From NCBI GenBank assembly GCA_036867785.1, contig CP145413.1, positions 186,001 through 250,000 of the forward strand: DNA of 64,000 nt, written 5' to 3'. Below, in pieces: positions 47,201 through 57,768 of the stretch (positions are counted from its first letter, which is position 1; every line of letters begins with the position of its first letter). The notes under the pieces were generated by a model. That model searched no databases. It was not told the origin of the DNA and saw only the letters and a program-made list of their open reading frames with translations. Source of the DNA: Plasmodiophora brassicae (Eukaryota). A program made the position numbers and the translations under genes.

Positions 47201-49138
47201 CCCTTGCTGATGCGAATCGTAAACTTGACCAGGTAAGCTTAACGTAATGATGGGACGTGATTGCCTGACGCGGTGTCGTAGCTGGCCTCCATGTCTCTTT
47301 CCAAGCAAGAACAGTACTTTCGTGCGGCCAGTGAACGTGCGCTGAAACAGTCTGAGAAACAAGTCGAGAAGCTTCAAGGCCGAATTGTCACATTGGAAGA
47401 CTCGACTAGGCAGAACCAGAAAGATGCCATCGAATTGCGTGCTCAGCGTGGTGCGCTAGAACGTCAAGTCAAAACACTGGAACGGCAGGTTGCCTCACGT
47501 GATAAGGTTAGTCGATCTCGATGGGTAACACGGATTGGCCCTTGACATCCATACAGGAACTTGCGTCAGCGAAGACGTCGCAAACAGCCAATGCAACATT
47601 ACAGAAAGTTCTCAAGTCTGCAGAAGCTTCCGTATCGCTTCTCCAAGCCCACTGCGATGAACTGAAACAATCAAACGCCAACTTACTAGCTCGGACCAGT
47701 GAATTGGAACAGCTGCTTGTACGTTTGTTTCGGGTTGAGGAGTTTTATGCGGCCGACTTATTCCCCATTGTCTTAGTCGACTGCGAACGGTGACGTTGAG
47801 CGCCTATCTGCAGAACTGGCAACACTGTCAGACGACGTAGCTCTTAAGGACGAGCGCATTCAAGTTCTCGAGGCAAAGCTGCGTGACGTGCAAAGCACTC
47901 TCGATCAGGAGCGTGTCCAATCTGAACAGACTACTCGTTCCCTAAAAACAGTGTGTTTGATCGTCTCATCGATGAAGTGCGCTACTGAAACATTGTCGAC
48001 GTACAGGAACTGCAGAAAACCAGATCTGACCTTGCATCTGTGGAAGCCCGTCTCTCAGAAGTAGAAGACCGCGCTGCAGAGGTTGCAAAGTAACTGCATG
48101 CGTCTCTCAGTTCCAGGCGTCTTATTCGTGGCTAGGTACAACACCGCTTGGTTGAGGTTAACGCTGAAGCCGAAACGACAGCTCGCGACGAAGCGTCGCA
48201 TCGAAAAGGTTACCCTGTTTCTGGCTATGCAGAGTTATCGCGTCTAAAGAAGTCGTATAGAGTCTGAAGAACGCATTACGCTGCTGCAAACAGAAAATGC
48301 CCGCCTACAGACCAGGGTTGATGAACTGGCAAATGCGGAAATCAAGAATCAGGCAGCTCTTCGCGAGGCAGCAGACCGAGAGACGTCGACGTCATGTGAA
48401 CTTGCTCGTTTACGCCAGATGCTCAAGGCGACTGAGGTATGTTTCGGGAGATCGTTATATGACGTCACCAATATGGCTTTTAGACGGAGACCGAAGGCAT
48501 GAGAAAGGAACTGACTGCTGCACACGATGCAGAACATAGAACTGGTACCCAGTCTAAGGCCGACAAAGTTCGGATTCAGTGCATTACGGAGGTGGATCAC
48601 GCCTGTCGCCAATTCCGACACCCTTGTAACGTCTTGCTTAGGAAAACGAAGGACTCCGCACTGAGCTAAGCCAGCTGAAGGTCGAGCATGAACGACTACG
48701 TGAACAGCATGATGCTCAGCTTCAAACTTTGCACCAATCCTCCGCCATGACTGAGAGTCTTGAGCTCAAGGTTGCCGACCAAGCCGCTAAAATCGCATCG
48801 TTGTCTCGTACGAACGAGCAGCTGCGCGATGACTTGCTGAAGAGCGATGATCTTGTCAGCGTGCCTGCATCAGATGACAGATTGCTCGGTTGGACCATGT
48901 TTGCAATTGTCAGAATGCCCGGACCCTAACGCTGAATGTGTTCAGCACTGCAACAACAGTTAGTTGAGAAGGAAGGGCAGATTCAGAAGCTGCGTGATAC
49001 AATGTCAACGAAAGTAGAGAAGAAGGTCTCGCTGCTGATGAAGGCAAGGTGCATCACGTTTCCATTTGCTGCCACAGTGATAACATGTCCCATACGTAGG
49101 CTTTCAGAGAAGAACTCAACAGGAGAGAAAACTCGTAA
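44291..49138 (+). CDS. Kinesin-7 (CENP-E-like) motor with long coiled-coil tail; 3' end approximate
   Basis: [62 protein letters not shown] and [11 protein letters not shown], then many coiled-coil exons. Confidence 0.92.
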
Positions 49139-49249
49139 TTCATTGCAGAAGCGGGCCACAGCGACGTCCGTTATTGCAGCGCTTCCCACTTTTCATACAA
49201 ATTGTCAAGGAGTAACATGTGCTTTATTGACTGCTCGTAAACTCGAAAC

Positions 49250-51562
49250 CTAGAATGCTTGGGCGTACTGCGATGGATGCGTCAGGACCTTCGTCCGGCG
49301 CTGCGACATGTACTTGATCATCTCAGCAACTACGATTTGGGTCAGTTGCAAACAGAATTGTGGCTGTGCACATGGTTTTACCGTTCGGCGTTCCGAGGCC
49401 CCTGTAGGCAGTCTGTTGTTAGTAGCGGGTAATCCAGCAATGCTCGTAAATGCTTACGTGACAGGATCCCAGCCTTTTGCTGCACTGAACCCGTGACAGC
49501 TCGAGCCACAACCGTCTTCTGTACATCTGTTGTCGCCATCCGTAATGTCGAAAAATGCAGCTGGATGCTCTTTAGCCATTAGGTAGAGAAACGGGTTAAG
49601 AAATCCTACGGCGTGAGGTCATGACTTGCACAGTACACGTTTCAGCATGCACCTGCCTAGTGGAGGCTCACTCCTCTTAAGTCGAATGGCGTTAAGAATC
49701 GAGATCACTCCTGCGAATGCAGGGGCAGACGCGGAGGTGCCTCCAACCGGAGTAACCTCCCCATCGAGTATACAGAGGTAGTTATGGCCAAGCGCAGCAA
49801 CGTCAGGATAGCCTCTCCCAGTCTCGGAAAACATCGTCTTCGGGGGCAGTGACTTGGTATTGTTCACTGCGAAACATTGAGCACCCGCTGTATGTCCTGG
49901 GAATTAAGGCACCTACAGTAATCGCTGACAGCATCATCCTGATATTGAGGACGTGTACTGTAGACACTGAATCCGCCTCCGGAGGCGAAACCGGACGCGT
50001 CAAATGAGACTGCAACCTCAGTGCCTCCTGCAGCGCACGAGCTCGTTTTGCAGATCGGCTCAACCGGGTCCACTACCTCACTAGGGTCGTTGAGTTGGGT
50101 GGCTCCCACCGACGTCACGAAAGGTGACGATGCTGGAAACGCCGGGTGGAAGACAGCATCCTGGCAGTCGGGATCAGTTCGACCTATGGCGACGGTTACC
50201 GACTGCATCGAAGTTTCAGATGAAGTGCATAGTTACCGTTGCTTCCACTGTCACCGCTAGCGACCAAGATGGAGACACCACGAAGACCAATCTTCATGAA
50301 TTCGATATTTGTCCTCTGGTCAATTGATCACGGCTAAGAACGTTGACACCTCGATACGGATGGTATCTGTTTGCCACCTTGACGTATTCCTTGGAATCAA
50401 TTCCGAGAGTTGAACAGTCATTGTCGACATCGCACTGAGCCACTTCGCTCCATCCCCATGATAGGGAGATCACAAGAGGGACCTCCTCAGCCTCCATGAA
50501 GTCAACTGCAAAGTCGTACATCCAGTTGTCTGCTGTCCAGTACCTACAGTCGAGTTGGCCCAGGGTACGCAGTCGACAAAGTCTTTCGGCATACCAGTTC
50601 GTTGAGTCCACTCCAACTGACGTGATATACTGGACGTCTAGCGTGGCTTCAGCGTCCGGGTAGTCTGAATCGAACGGTCCGACAGTGTGCGATATTGCTG
50701 TCGTGTTGATTGCAACATCCGCGTAGAACTGTTTCAGGTCCGCTGGGCTGTACGAAGCATCATCTTGGAACTATGAAAGCAAATTGTAGCAGGCTGAGCA
50801 CATTTGGCAAGAGTCTCCCTACCTCGATTGCCGCCTGTGAGCATCCCCGCGCATCGACCCCATCTTCGATTTTGTAAAGGCTGCTCAGGGTGCTGGGAAC
50901 AACATTATATCCCTGCTTACAGCGATGAGCGGCTTGGGAAAGCGACATGACTGAGGGCTTGCAAATACCTCGTCAGACTGGCGACCCGACAGGTGACGCA
51001 GAACCCTCGGCTTGCCAACCGGGAAATCCGAGATGGCGGTGACGAGCTGGATAATTGGTGCCAGGTACGACGGGATGGAGCACGGCCCGAACTGGCGAAC
51101 CAGGGTCCGCCCCGTTTCGTGAACGAAACTGTACAGTTCCGTCTGGAACAACGACTCCACGCATTTGACTGGGGCGGTGACTCGCAAGGAATCGCCAAAG
51201 TTCGCAATGTGGTCCTTCCGGACGCCATACGACATGAGCCATTCGATTATTGGTGTCGTTTCCTCCTCCGGCGGTGACACCAGGCTCTTGATCGCCGCTC
51301 GACTCATCCACTTGCCGTACGACGGCGAGTCCGGGTTCGACAAGTCCCAGAACATATCCGTCAGGAAATCGACATTGTGCTGCCGTAACGCGATCCGAAA
51401 TCGAACACGCTCCAGCGGATGGCACCGGGACGCCATGGCCCACCCCGGCGGCGCTCGTGTACGATGCGAAATAACGACCCGATCTGGGTCGTCGTGGCCG
51501 CCAACCACCGTCAGCAACGCGAGGGTTGCCACCGCCCACGACAGCATCGGTACAAGCCCCAT
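49250..51562 (-). CDS. TPP1: Secreted sedolisin / tripeptidyl-peptidase I (S53) with prodomain
   Basis: Signal peptide, prodomain DLSNPDSPSYGKWMS, EATLDVQY, ASGDSG, GRGYPDVAA, catalytic GGTSASAP and GWDPVT|GLGTPN. Confidence 0.93.
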
Positions 51563-51879
51563 CGACCGTAATGCAAAGTGGGGACAGCCGGGCATGTAAC
51601 ATCCCTGGTCAGACAGCGGCACGGGGCCGGTCGACTCCCTGTAACGCCCCGCCACTGGCCCGCCGTCGTGCACTGCCGCCTGAGGCGGTGCCGCCTGCGC
51701 GTTGTGTAACGCTTGTCAGCGCCCCCCGGTAAGCGATGCCTTCGATCCCGCCTTTGTTTTGCATCGCTCGCAAGGCTGGGCGGTTGTTGGGCACCTGCCA
51801 TAAGCGCTCCTGGTCGCGGTGGCATGTCATATCACAGAATACCAATGCGGGTGTTCAGTGGATGGGGATTCAAACGGCG

Positions 51880-53058
51880 CTAGCTTCTGCGCCGGTTGAT
51901 ACTAGATAGGGCGTCAGCGTAGGCGAGATCGCGTTGACGGATGGCTTCCACGTCGCAAGAGGGCGCGATCAGGCAGTAGAGGGACTCCCGGAAGAACCGC
52001 TCGACCTTGTCCTCATGGGCACCGCGCGCGACCAGACCCTCGACGGCGTTGTAGAGCGAAATGAGCTGCGTCAGGTTGGAAGGCGACCTGACAAGGCCGT
52101 ATTGCCTCCCGTCGAACTTGATTCGGGCGATGTCTGATCGCATGCTTCTGGTCCTATATCAGTAGTCAGCCAGTGTGTGAGGTGTGCCTGGTGCCGCGAC
52201 CACAGTGCGACCACAGTGCGACCATGCTCCCAAGGCGTGATTCAACTGGTGGCAATCGTGACTCAACAGCGCAAGCGTTGAGGGATATCTGTCCAATGTC
52301 CTCATGAAGGTGCACTGACTACAACACTCTGTCCGGTCCCCTATTGCTGCGCATCGATGGCATCGTGAGCATAAAGCCAGTCAGTATATTGAAGAAGCCT
52401 TGGTGCTTACGCTACCGTCGCCGGATTTGCTGATAGATCGGCTGGCCGAAAGGTCCTTGTGCCGACAACTTCGGCCCGTTTGGTATCGAATCGTCGATGC
52501 AGCCGCAACGTAGGCATGTTCAACCTCCCCGGCTGCATCAGTGTAGTCTGAAGGAAACGACAGGCACCTCAGTGATGCGTGCGTGAGCGCGATCGTTTCT
52601 GGGAGACCAGCACCGTCCTGCAGCAGGGAATGCACGCGCCCACGAAGCACAGCGATTGCGTCTAAGACGTACGGCGTTGAGGTGAGCCCGTAGACTTTGT
52701 CCTCGAGCTCAATCGTGAAGAAACTGTCGTGCTGCCGCCTGGTTCGCAGCCCTGGCTGCCTCCGATGCCGCCGCCGCATACCGATGTAGGTATCTTCGTT
52801 ATCGTTTCTGTTACTCAGACCCACCCAAATTGCCCAATGACAGTTGCCTGCGATACCGCTTCTCAGGGCGCCTCCTTACGCAGGTACTAGTCAACACACC
52901 AGGGCTCCATTGCCCAGTTGCGTCAACTCGCTGACCACGTGGAACAGTTGACTCCTGCTGTCCAACCCTTCCAATTTTCTATCTTCGCCAGACGACGAAC
53001 CGACGGCCTTGTGCCGCGCAGAAAAATATCGGGACCTCTCGTTTTGGCCTTCCTTCAT
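51880..53058 (-). CDS. Hypothetical multi-exon protein with an internally repeated motif
   Basis: ORF pieces from MKEGQNERS... to ...SINRRRS*, with two similar segments, FTIELEDKVYGLTSTPYVLDAIAVL and ARIKFDGRQYGLVRSPSNLTQLISL. Confidence 0.45.
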
Positions 53059-53267
53059 CGTATCGCGCAACGGGCGGCCGTCGCCGACGCAGACCCAACT
53101 GCAGCGCGCAACAGGGGGAAATTGTTTCTCTTCCCGCGGGATGACACCCCCGATTGATCCCGCGGGACGAAAAATGCCATTCGTCCCGCGAGCGAGCTGC
53201 TGCTTTACTGCGGGTGCCCGCGTTCGCTGTCCGTGACCCAGCTCTGCGCATTTCTGAGCTGAGTGTG

Positions 53268-53337
53268 GATGGCGAGCATTGATCTGGTTGAGATTGAGAT
53301 GGCGAGCATTGATCTGGTTGAGATTGAGATGGCGAGC
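53268..53337 (+). repeat. 30-bp tandem repeat (2.3 copies) encoding MASIDLVEIE
   Basis: GATGGCGAGCATTGATCTGGTTGAGATTGA x2 plus GATGGCGAGC. Confidence 0.9.
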
Positions 53338-54536
53338 GTTGGCGAGGCCGCCCAAGCGTTTCCGGTCACAGCCATGCTTTCTTGATGTAGCCGGGTTACC
53401 GGCACAAGCAGTGGGCTATGCTGCCGCGTGTGCTGTTGGCCCTCTCTGACGTCATCCCATAGGACTTCGCTGCGTTGATGCCGCTGGACGATCTCCTATT
53501 TGCCGACTCCCTGATTGAGTGTCCCCCAGTCGTAGATCCACTTGTGGATAGGGAGTGGGATCGTATGTCGACTGAACTTGGGACCGGCGAAGATAGAGAC
53601 CCTGGTATAATGTTTCCCGGGTGCTGCGATGCTGCTCTGAGCTAGTAAGTGGTTTGCCTCTTCCATCTGGACTTGCACATTGACTTGTTATATGTTTCAG
53701 TAAACTTGTAGTCATAATGACGCGACTGCACGAAGCCGTTATGATGCGGCCACGTGTACGCCAGGTCTTGGATTGGCTTTTGACGTTCGAGGGTCGGGAG
53801 AAGAGGCGTCGCCAGCCGGCCATTCCACTCGATGGCTTGGATGCCGAGGGAATGGCGCAATTTGTCCTGTACGAACTTCGCTCTCCGATGAGCGTTTCGG
53901 ACGTCTCAAAAGTCATCAAGCTGTCATTCCACGACCTGATCTTCCACCTGGCTCACAGATCGTGGCTTAACTCGTCCGTCGTTCACGAGGCAATGACTCT
54001 GATTTCAAAGGACAGCACGCACGTGGCGCCGTGCAAAGTCGAGATGAACGACCACGGCAGGTGGGGAGTCATCGCCGAATGTGACTCGAGCGCAACGATG
54101 TTCCTTTGTCCAGTCAACGTAAGTCCAATCCATTCTGCTGTTGACTTACGGGTTTTGCTCACTGCTGGTTTCATGGTACCTACTGTAGTTCTTCAATGTG
54201 CATTGGTGTCTGGTCGTCGTCGACGCTGCCTTGGGGCTGGTGTACCTGTACGACAGTCTTTGCGATCCAACCTACACCGCTCGTCTGCGATCCATCGCGA
54301 CCAATGCCATCATGCCCTGGGCGACTTCGGCGTTTCCTGCCAAGCCTTTCGAGACGAGAGTCTTGGCGGGACCGCGCCAATTGGACGATTGCAATTGCGG
54401 CATGCTTGTTTTGACAATGGCGGAAGCTCTTGCCAGAAGCCTTCCGGTAACGTTCAAGTCGTCGTGCATGGACGTCATGAGGTTGCGCTGGATGTACTGG
54501 TGTTTGCACGCCGATTTCTACCTCGATAACAAATAG
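53269..54536 (+). CDS. Ulp1/SENP-family (C48) SUMO protease, transposon-borne (5' start 53269 or 53478)
   Basis: In-frame after removing introns 53645-53700 and 54119-54188: SWLNSSVV, CPVN|FFNVHWCLVVVD, YLYDSL and PRQLDDCNCG. His, Asp, Gln and Cys are all present. Confidence 0.85.
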
Positions 54537-55052
54537 TAAAGTTGCAACACCGCCTTAAAGTTTATTGTTCATGATATAGCGAATGAGCACCAGTGAAGAT
54601 CTGCGTTAGTCGCCGTTGACAAACAGCTGACCGTCGAGCGAGACCGGGAGACCGGCTCCGTCCTCCACCCGCGGCTGGCGGTTGCATTTGTTCTGGCGTA
54701 ATTATTAAGTCTATTGTTCCTGACGGAAAGAATGAGCCCGCTAGGTCAAACAGCTGACCGTCGAGTGAGACTGGCTCCGTCCTGTACCCGACGCACCAAC
54801 TACTCCTTCCTGAGCACGACACGCTGGCTTTTCGTCCGCGGGATGAACCTATAGATTCGTCCCGCGGGAAATGCCGCTTCGCCCCGCGGGATCAATATGA
54901 CGTTTCATCCCGCGGGATGTGATCCCGCGGGATGAAAAAGTACGTCCCCGCAACAGGGCCATTGTGTCGGGCGAACAAGTGGGCAGTGGCTGAGTGGCAG
55001 CACAGGATATTTTGTGGCGTGGCGCACGTTTCGTACCGCTTGTTCCGGGACG

Positions 55053-57548
55053 ATGCTCAGCGCTGGCGGTGACGGGAACCACGCCGCGCTGCACGCCCGC
55101 ATCGTCAGCGCGTCCGAGCGCCTGTCGCGCCTGCGCGGCATGTGCCCGAAGTCGTCGTCGGCAGGTGGAGCGTGCGGCTGGCGATCCGATCTCGTTGCCG
55201 CGCTGCGAGGGGACCTCGTTGGCCTCTGGCACTGTATCAAAGGCGATGCTGAACTGACCAGATCAGTTGCCCTGTATTTATTCCGGTCGAACAACGCTGT
55301 GGCCGATCAGTCTCAACTATTTGCGTTGCTGGAGATCGCCCTTCTTGACAGTGGGGATGTTTCGACTCTGGTATTTGCCATGTGGCAGCGATTTGACGGT
55401 GCTGAGTTCGTCGCTGCTACGTTTGGCCATCTGGTCACATCGCTCGTCGCCCCGGGTACCGCCTCGTTAAACCTCGATCTCCAGGTCGTCATCAAGACGT
55501 TGGAAACGAGTGCGCCTCTTCCGACACTGGCGCCTCTCGCCGCGAGCAGCAATCGACGATTCCTACGTTACTCCATGGACGATCACGCTGACGAGGGCAG
55601 TCGTTCCGGCTCGAGGTCCCATATTCAACAGCGAACACGAACGATCCGTAATCGCCTGGACGATCGTGCTGAGCTGAGTGTCGCCATTGTCGACGAGTTC
55701 CTGGAGTCGGTACGCGCTGCATTCGCCGGTTTCCCTCCAGCGTTCGCGACGGCCCTAAGCATCATCCGTCGTACGCGCCCAAGGGACCTGCGGCCACTCT
55801 TTCTCGAATCCGTCGTTGCATCCGTGCTGGAACACCCACACCATCTGGGCACTCTGCCTTCGTACTATCTTGACGACCAGGCGTGCACGAACCTTCAGCA
55901 CCTTGTGCGGATCGTTCGCGCTGTTGGACATGGCCGTCATTTCGGAGGCTGCTCCGCCGCTGTCATCAACAAGTTCGTTGATGAATGTGGCCCCCGCGTA
56001 GACCAGCTGATCAACGATGTCCTTCCACGCGACGAGTTTTCAGATTTGATGATGGCAACGTCGAGCGCGCACGCAGTCGATTATGTTGTTGTTCCCGAGC
56101 GCGATCTTGGATCGCTCCTGCGAGCAGTTTGCTGCACCGACAGAAATCGTTTAGGAGTGAAATTGCAGGAACTGTCGACAAACACAACCCCCGTTGATGA
56201 AATTTCAACCAACGAGTTGAGGCTCGTTTCGCTGACGGCAATGCCAGTGACACCGACTTCTAACCAGTTTGAGCAACACAAGTCATCAGTTGAGATCCTT
56301 TTCGATTGCCTCGGCGAACTGCCCGTGTGCGCAACGGTTCGTTATGGGGAGTCGTTCCTTCAGTATCTCGAACGCGTCGCCGCATGCGCTGAAATCTCTT
56401 CTCGGGCGCACAGGCCCGAGGGCATCGTTGCAATTTCGCCAGCCATTCTGCGCCTTCAGTCGTTCATTCGTACGCGACTGGGTGATTCACAGGTTTCCTG
56501 GCCGTTGTTGCTATCTTCCCATCTGGATACTGCTGTTGCGCAACAGGAGCACTTGCTTCAGTCTCAAGTGTTTCGCTGTCAGTCGGCCTTGCAGTCAGCC
56601 CAGACAATGGATGCGCATCTGGGCAGACTGCAACGAGATACCAACGCGCTCTCGAGGCATGCGGCAGTCAAGCACTTCATCAACACTGCCCGAATGAATT
56701 TTCGCATCGTGATTCGGTCGTCATCTGCACTATCGAAATCCAGCGGGCCAACCAAAGCAAGGTCAATGTTCAACGGCAAGAAAGCACCAGCGTCAACGTT
56801 CGAAGTCCCATGCTTGTCGGTTCCGCAGATTGTACGTGAACTCGAGCAGTTGGCGCACGGTCCGTACTGGGAAATGATCCCTTCCGTGCTCGACGCGATC
56901 ATGCATCGCATCCGACAAATCATCCCCCCTGGTGGCGGTAACCCCGACGCGATGACGCGCGACCTCTATCGATTCATTGTTGCCCGACTATACCCTGTTC
57001 TTTTCTCCCGAGCTAGCGCTGACAGCTCTGACACACTTCAAGCTCAGCTAGAGTTGTACTCCAGTGTCACGCTTGAAAACCTGGATCTCGTGTCATCGCC
57101 GGCCCTCGTGAGTGCATTGGGCATTCCCATCCGGGAGCTGTCGCGCATCAATCGCTGCATCAACCCGAACGAGAAAGTCAAATGCATCGTTGCTGCAACA
57201 CGGTTAACGGTCGACGCTCTCCGTGTCGAGCGGGAGTCGACCGACCTACCTGGGTCGGATATCTTGATGCCTGCTCTGGTGTACATTATTCTGCAAGCGC
57301 GCCCAGCTGATCTCGATCGCAATTGCAGTTTCTGCAGCATGTTCTGCTCTGATGGCGTCCTGTCGAGGGGCGGCACGACCGATGAGGATGACGAGAACGA
57401 CGAAGGCCTGAGTCGGTTCTGCCTCATTCAGTTCCTGTCTGCTGTGAAGTTCATATCTCAGATGACGGCCCTGTCTATTTCTCCGTGCTCTACCCCATCA
57501 TCATCAGCTGAGCGCAAGAGATCCGCACAGAATGCCCGCGCGGCGTAA
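55053..57548 (+). CDS. GAPVD1: GAPVD1/GAPex-5-like RasGAP + VPS9 domain protein (single exon)
   Basis: RasGAP-like LFLESVVASVLEHPHHLG..CTNLQHLVRIV; VPS9 NPNEKVKCIV, GSDILMPALVYIILQARP and RFCLIQFLSAVKFI. Confidence 0.8.
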   Translation: MLSAGGDGNHAALHARIVSASERLSRLRGMCPKSSSAGGACGWRSDLVAALRGDLVGLWHCIKGDAELTRSVALYLFRSNNAVADQSQLFALLEIALLDSGDVSTLVFAMWQRFDGAEFVAATFGHLVTSLVAPGTASLNLDLQVVIKTLETSAPLPTLAPLAASSNRRFLRYSMDDHADEGSRSGSRSHIQQRTRTIRNRLDDRAELSVAIVDEFLESVRAAFAGFPPAFATALSIIRRTRPRDLRPLFLESVVASVLEHPHHLGTLPSYYLDDQACTNLQHLVRIVRAVGHGRHFGGCSAAVINKFVDECGPRVDQLINDVLPRDEFSDLMMATSSAHAVDYVVVPERDLGSLLRAVCCTDRNRLGVKLQELSTNTTPVDEISTNELRLVSLTAMPVTPTSNQFEQHKSSVEILFDCLGELPVCATVRYGESFLQYLERVAACAEISSRAHRPEGIVAISPAILRLQSFIRTRLGDSQVSWPLLLSSHLDTAVAQQEHLLQSQVFRCQSALQSAQTMDAHLGRLQRDTNALSRHAAVKHFINTARMNFRIVIRSSSALSKSSGPTKARSMFNGKKAPASTFEVPCLSVPQIVRELEQLAHGPYWEMIPSVLDAIMHRIRQIIPPGGGNPDAMTRDLYRFIVARLYPVLFSRASADSSDTLQAQLELYSSVTLENLDLVSSPALVSALGIPIRELSRINRCINPNEKVKCIVAATRLTVDALRVERESTDLPGSDILMPALVYIILQARPADLDRNCSFCSMFCSDGVLSRGGTTDEDDENDEGLSRFCLIQFLSAVKFISQMTALSISPCSTPSSSAERKRSAQNARAA

Positions 57549-57768
57549 CGTCAGCGCTTCTCCTACGTGCCTCGTCTTCGAGCTGGATTGTGGTTGTCGG
57601 TACTGCCGTTCCTCATGAATTATGCGACTATAATATACTTGCATAGTGTGTTTATAGTGTAAACCTGTCTTTTTCGAGTCGCGATAGGGAATACTCCTTT
57701 GCAACTGTTTATTGCACATACAGCAGCAGCAGCTGCCCGCGAATAAGCCGGAAATGTGACCTGATAGC

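Larger units (their letters stand above)
53116..54948. mobile_element. Non-autonomous Mutator-like (MULE) DNA transposon carrying a Ulp1 protease
   Basis: TSD CGCAACAGG at 53107-53115 and 54949-54957. Imperfect TIRs GGGAAATTGTTTCTCTTCCCGCGGGATGACA / GGGACGTACTTTTTCATCCCGCGGGATCACA with repeated TCCCGCGGGA palindromes at both ends. No transposase is visible inside. Confidence 0.85.

Noticed and set aside
52196-52224. 11-bp tandem repeat GCGACCACAGT (about 2.6 copies)
   Set aside because: Short slippage duplication with no evident function.
54834-54948. Regularly spaced CCCGCGGG palindromes resembling a CRISPR-like array
   Set aside because: Repeats are ~10 bp with short irregular spacers, mirror the cluster at 53131-53190 as a TIR, and there are no cas genes; the context is eukaryotic.
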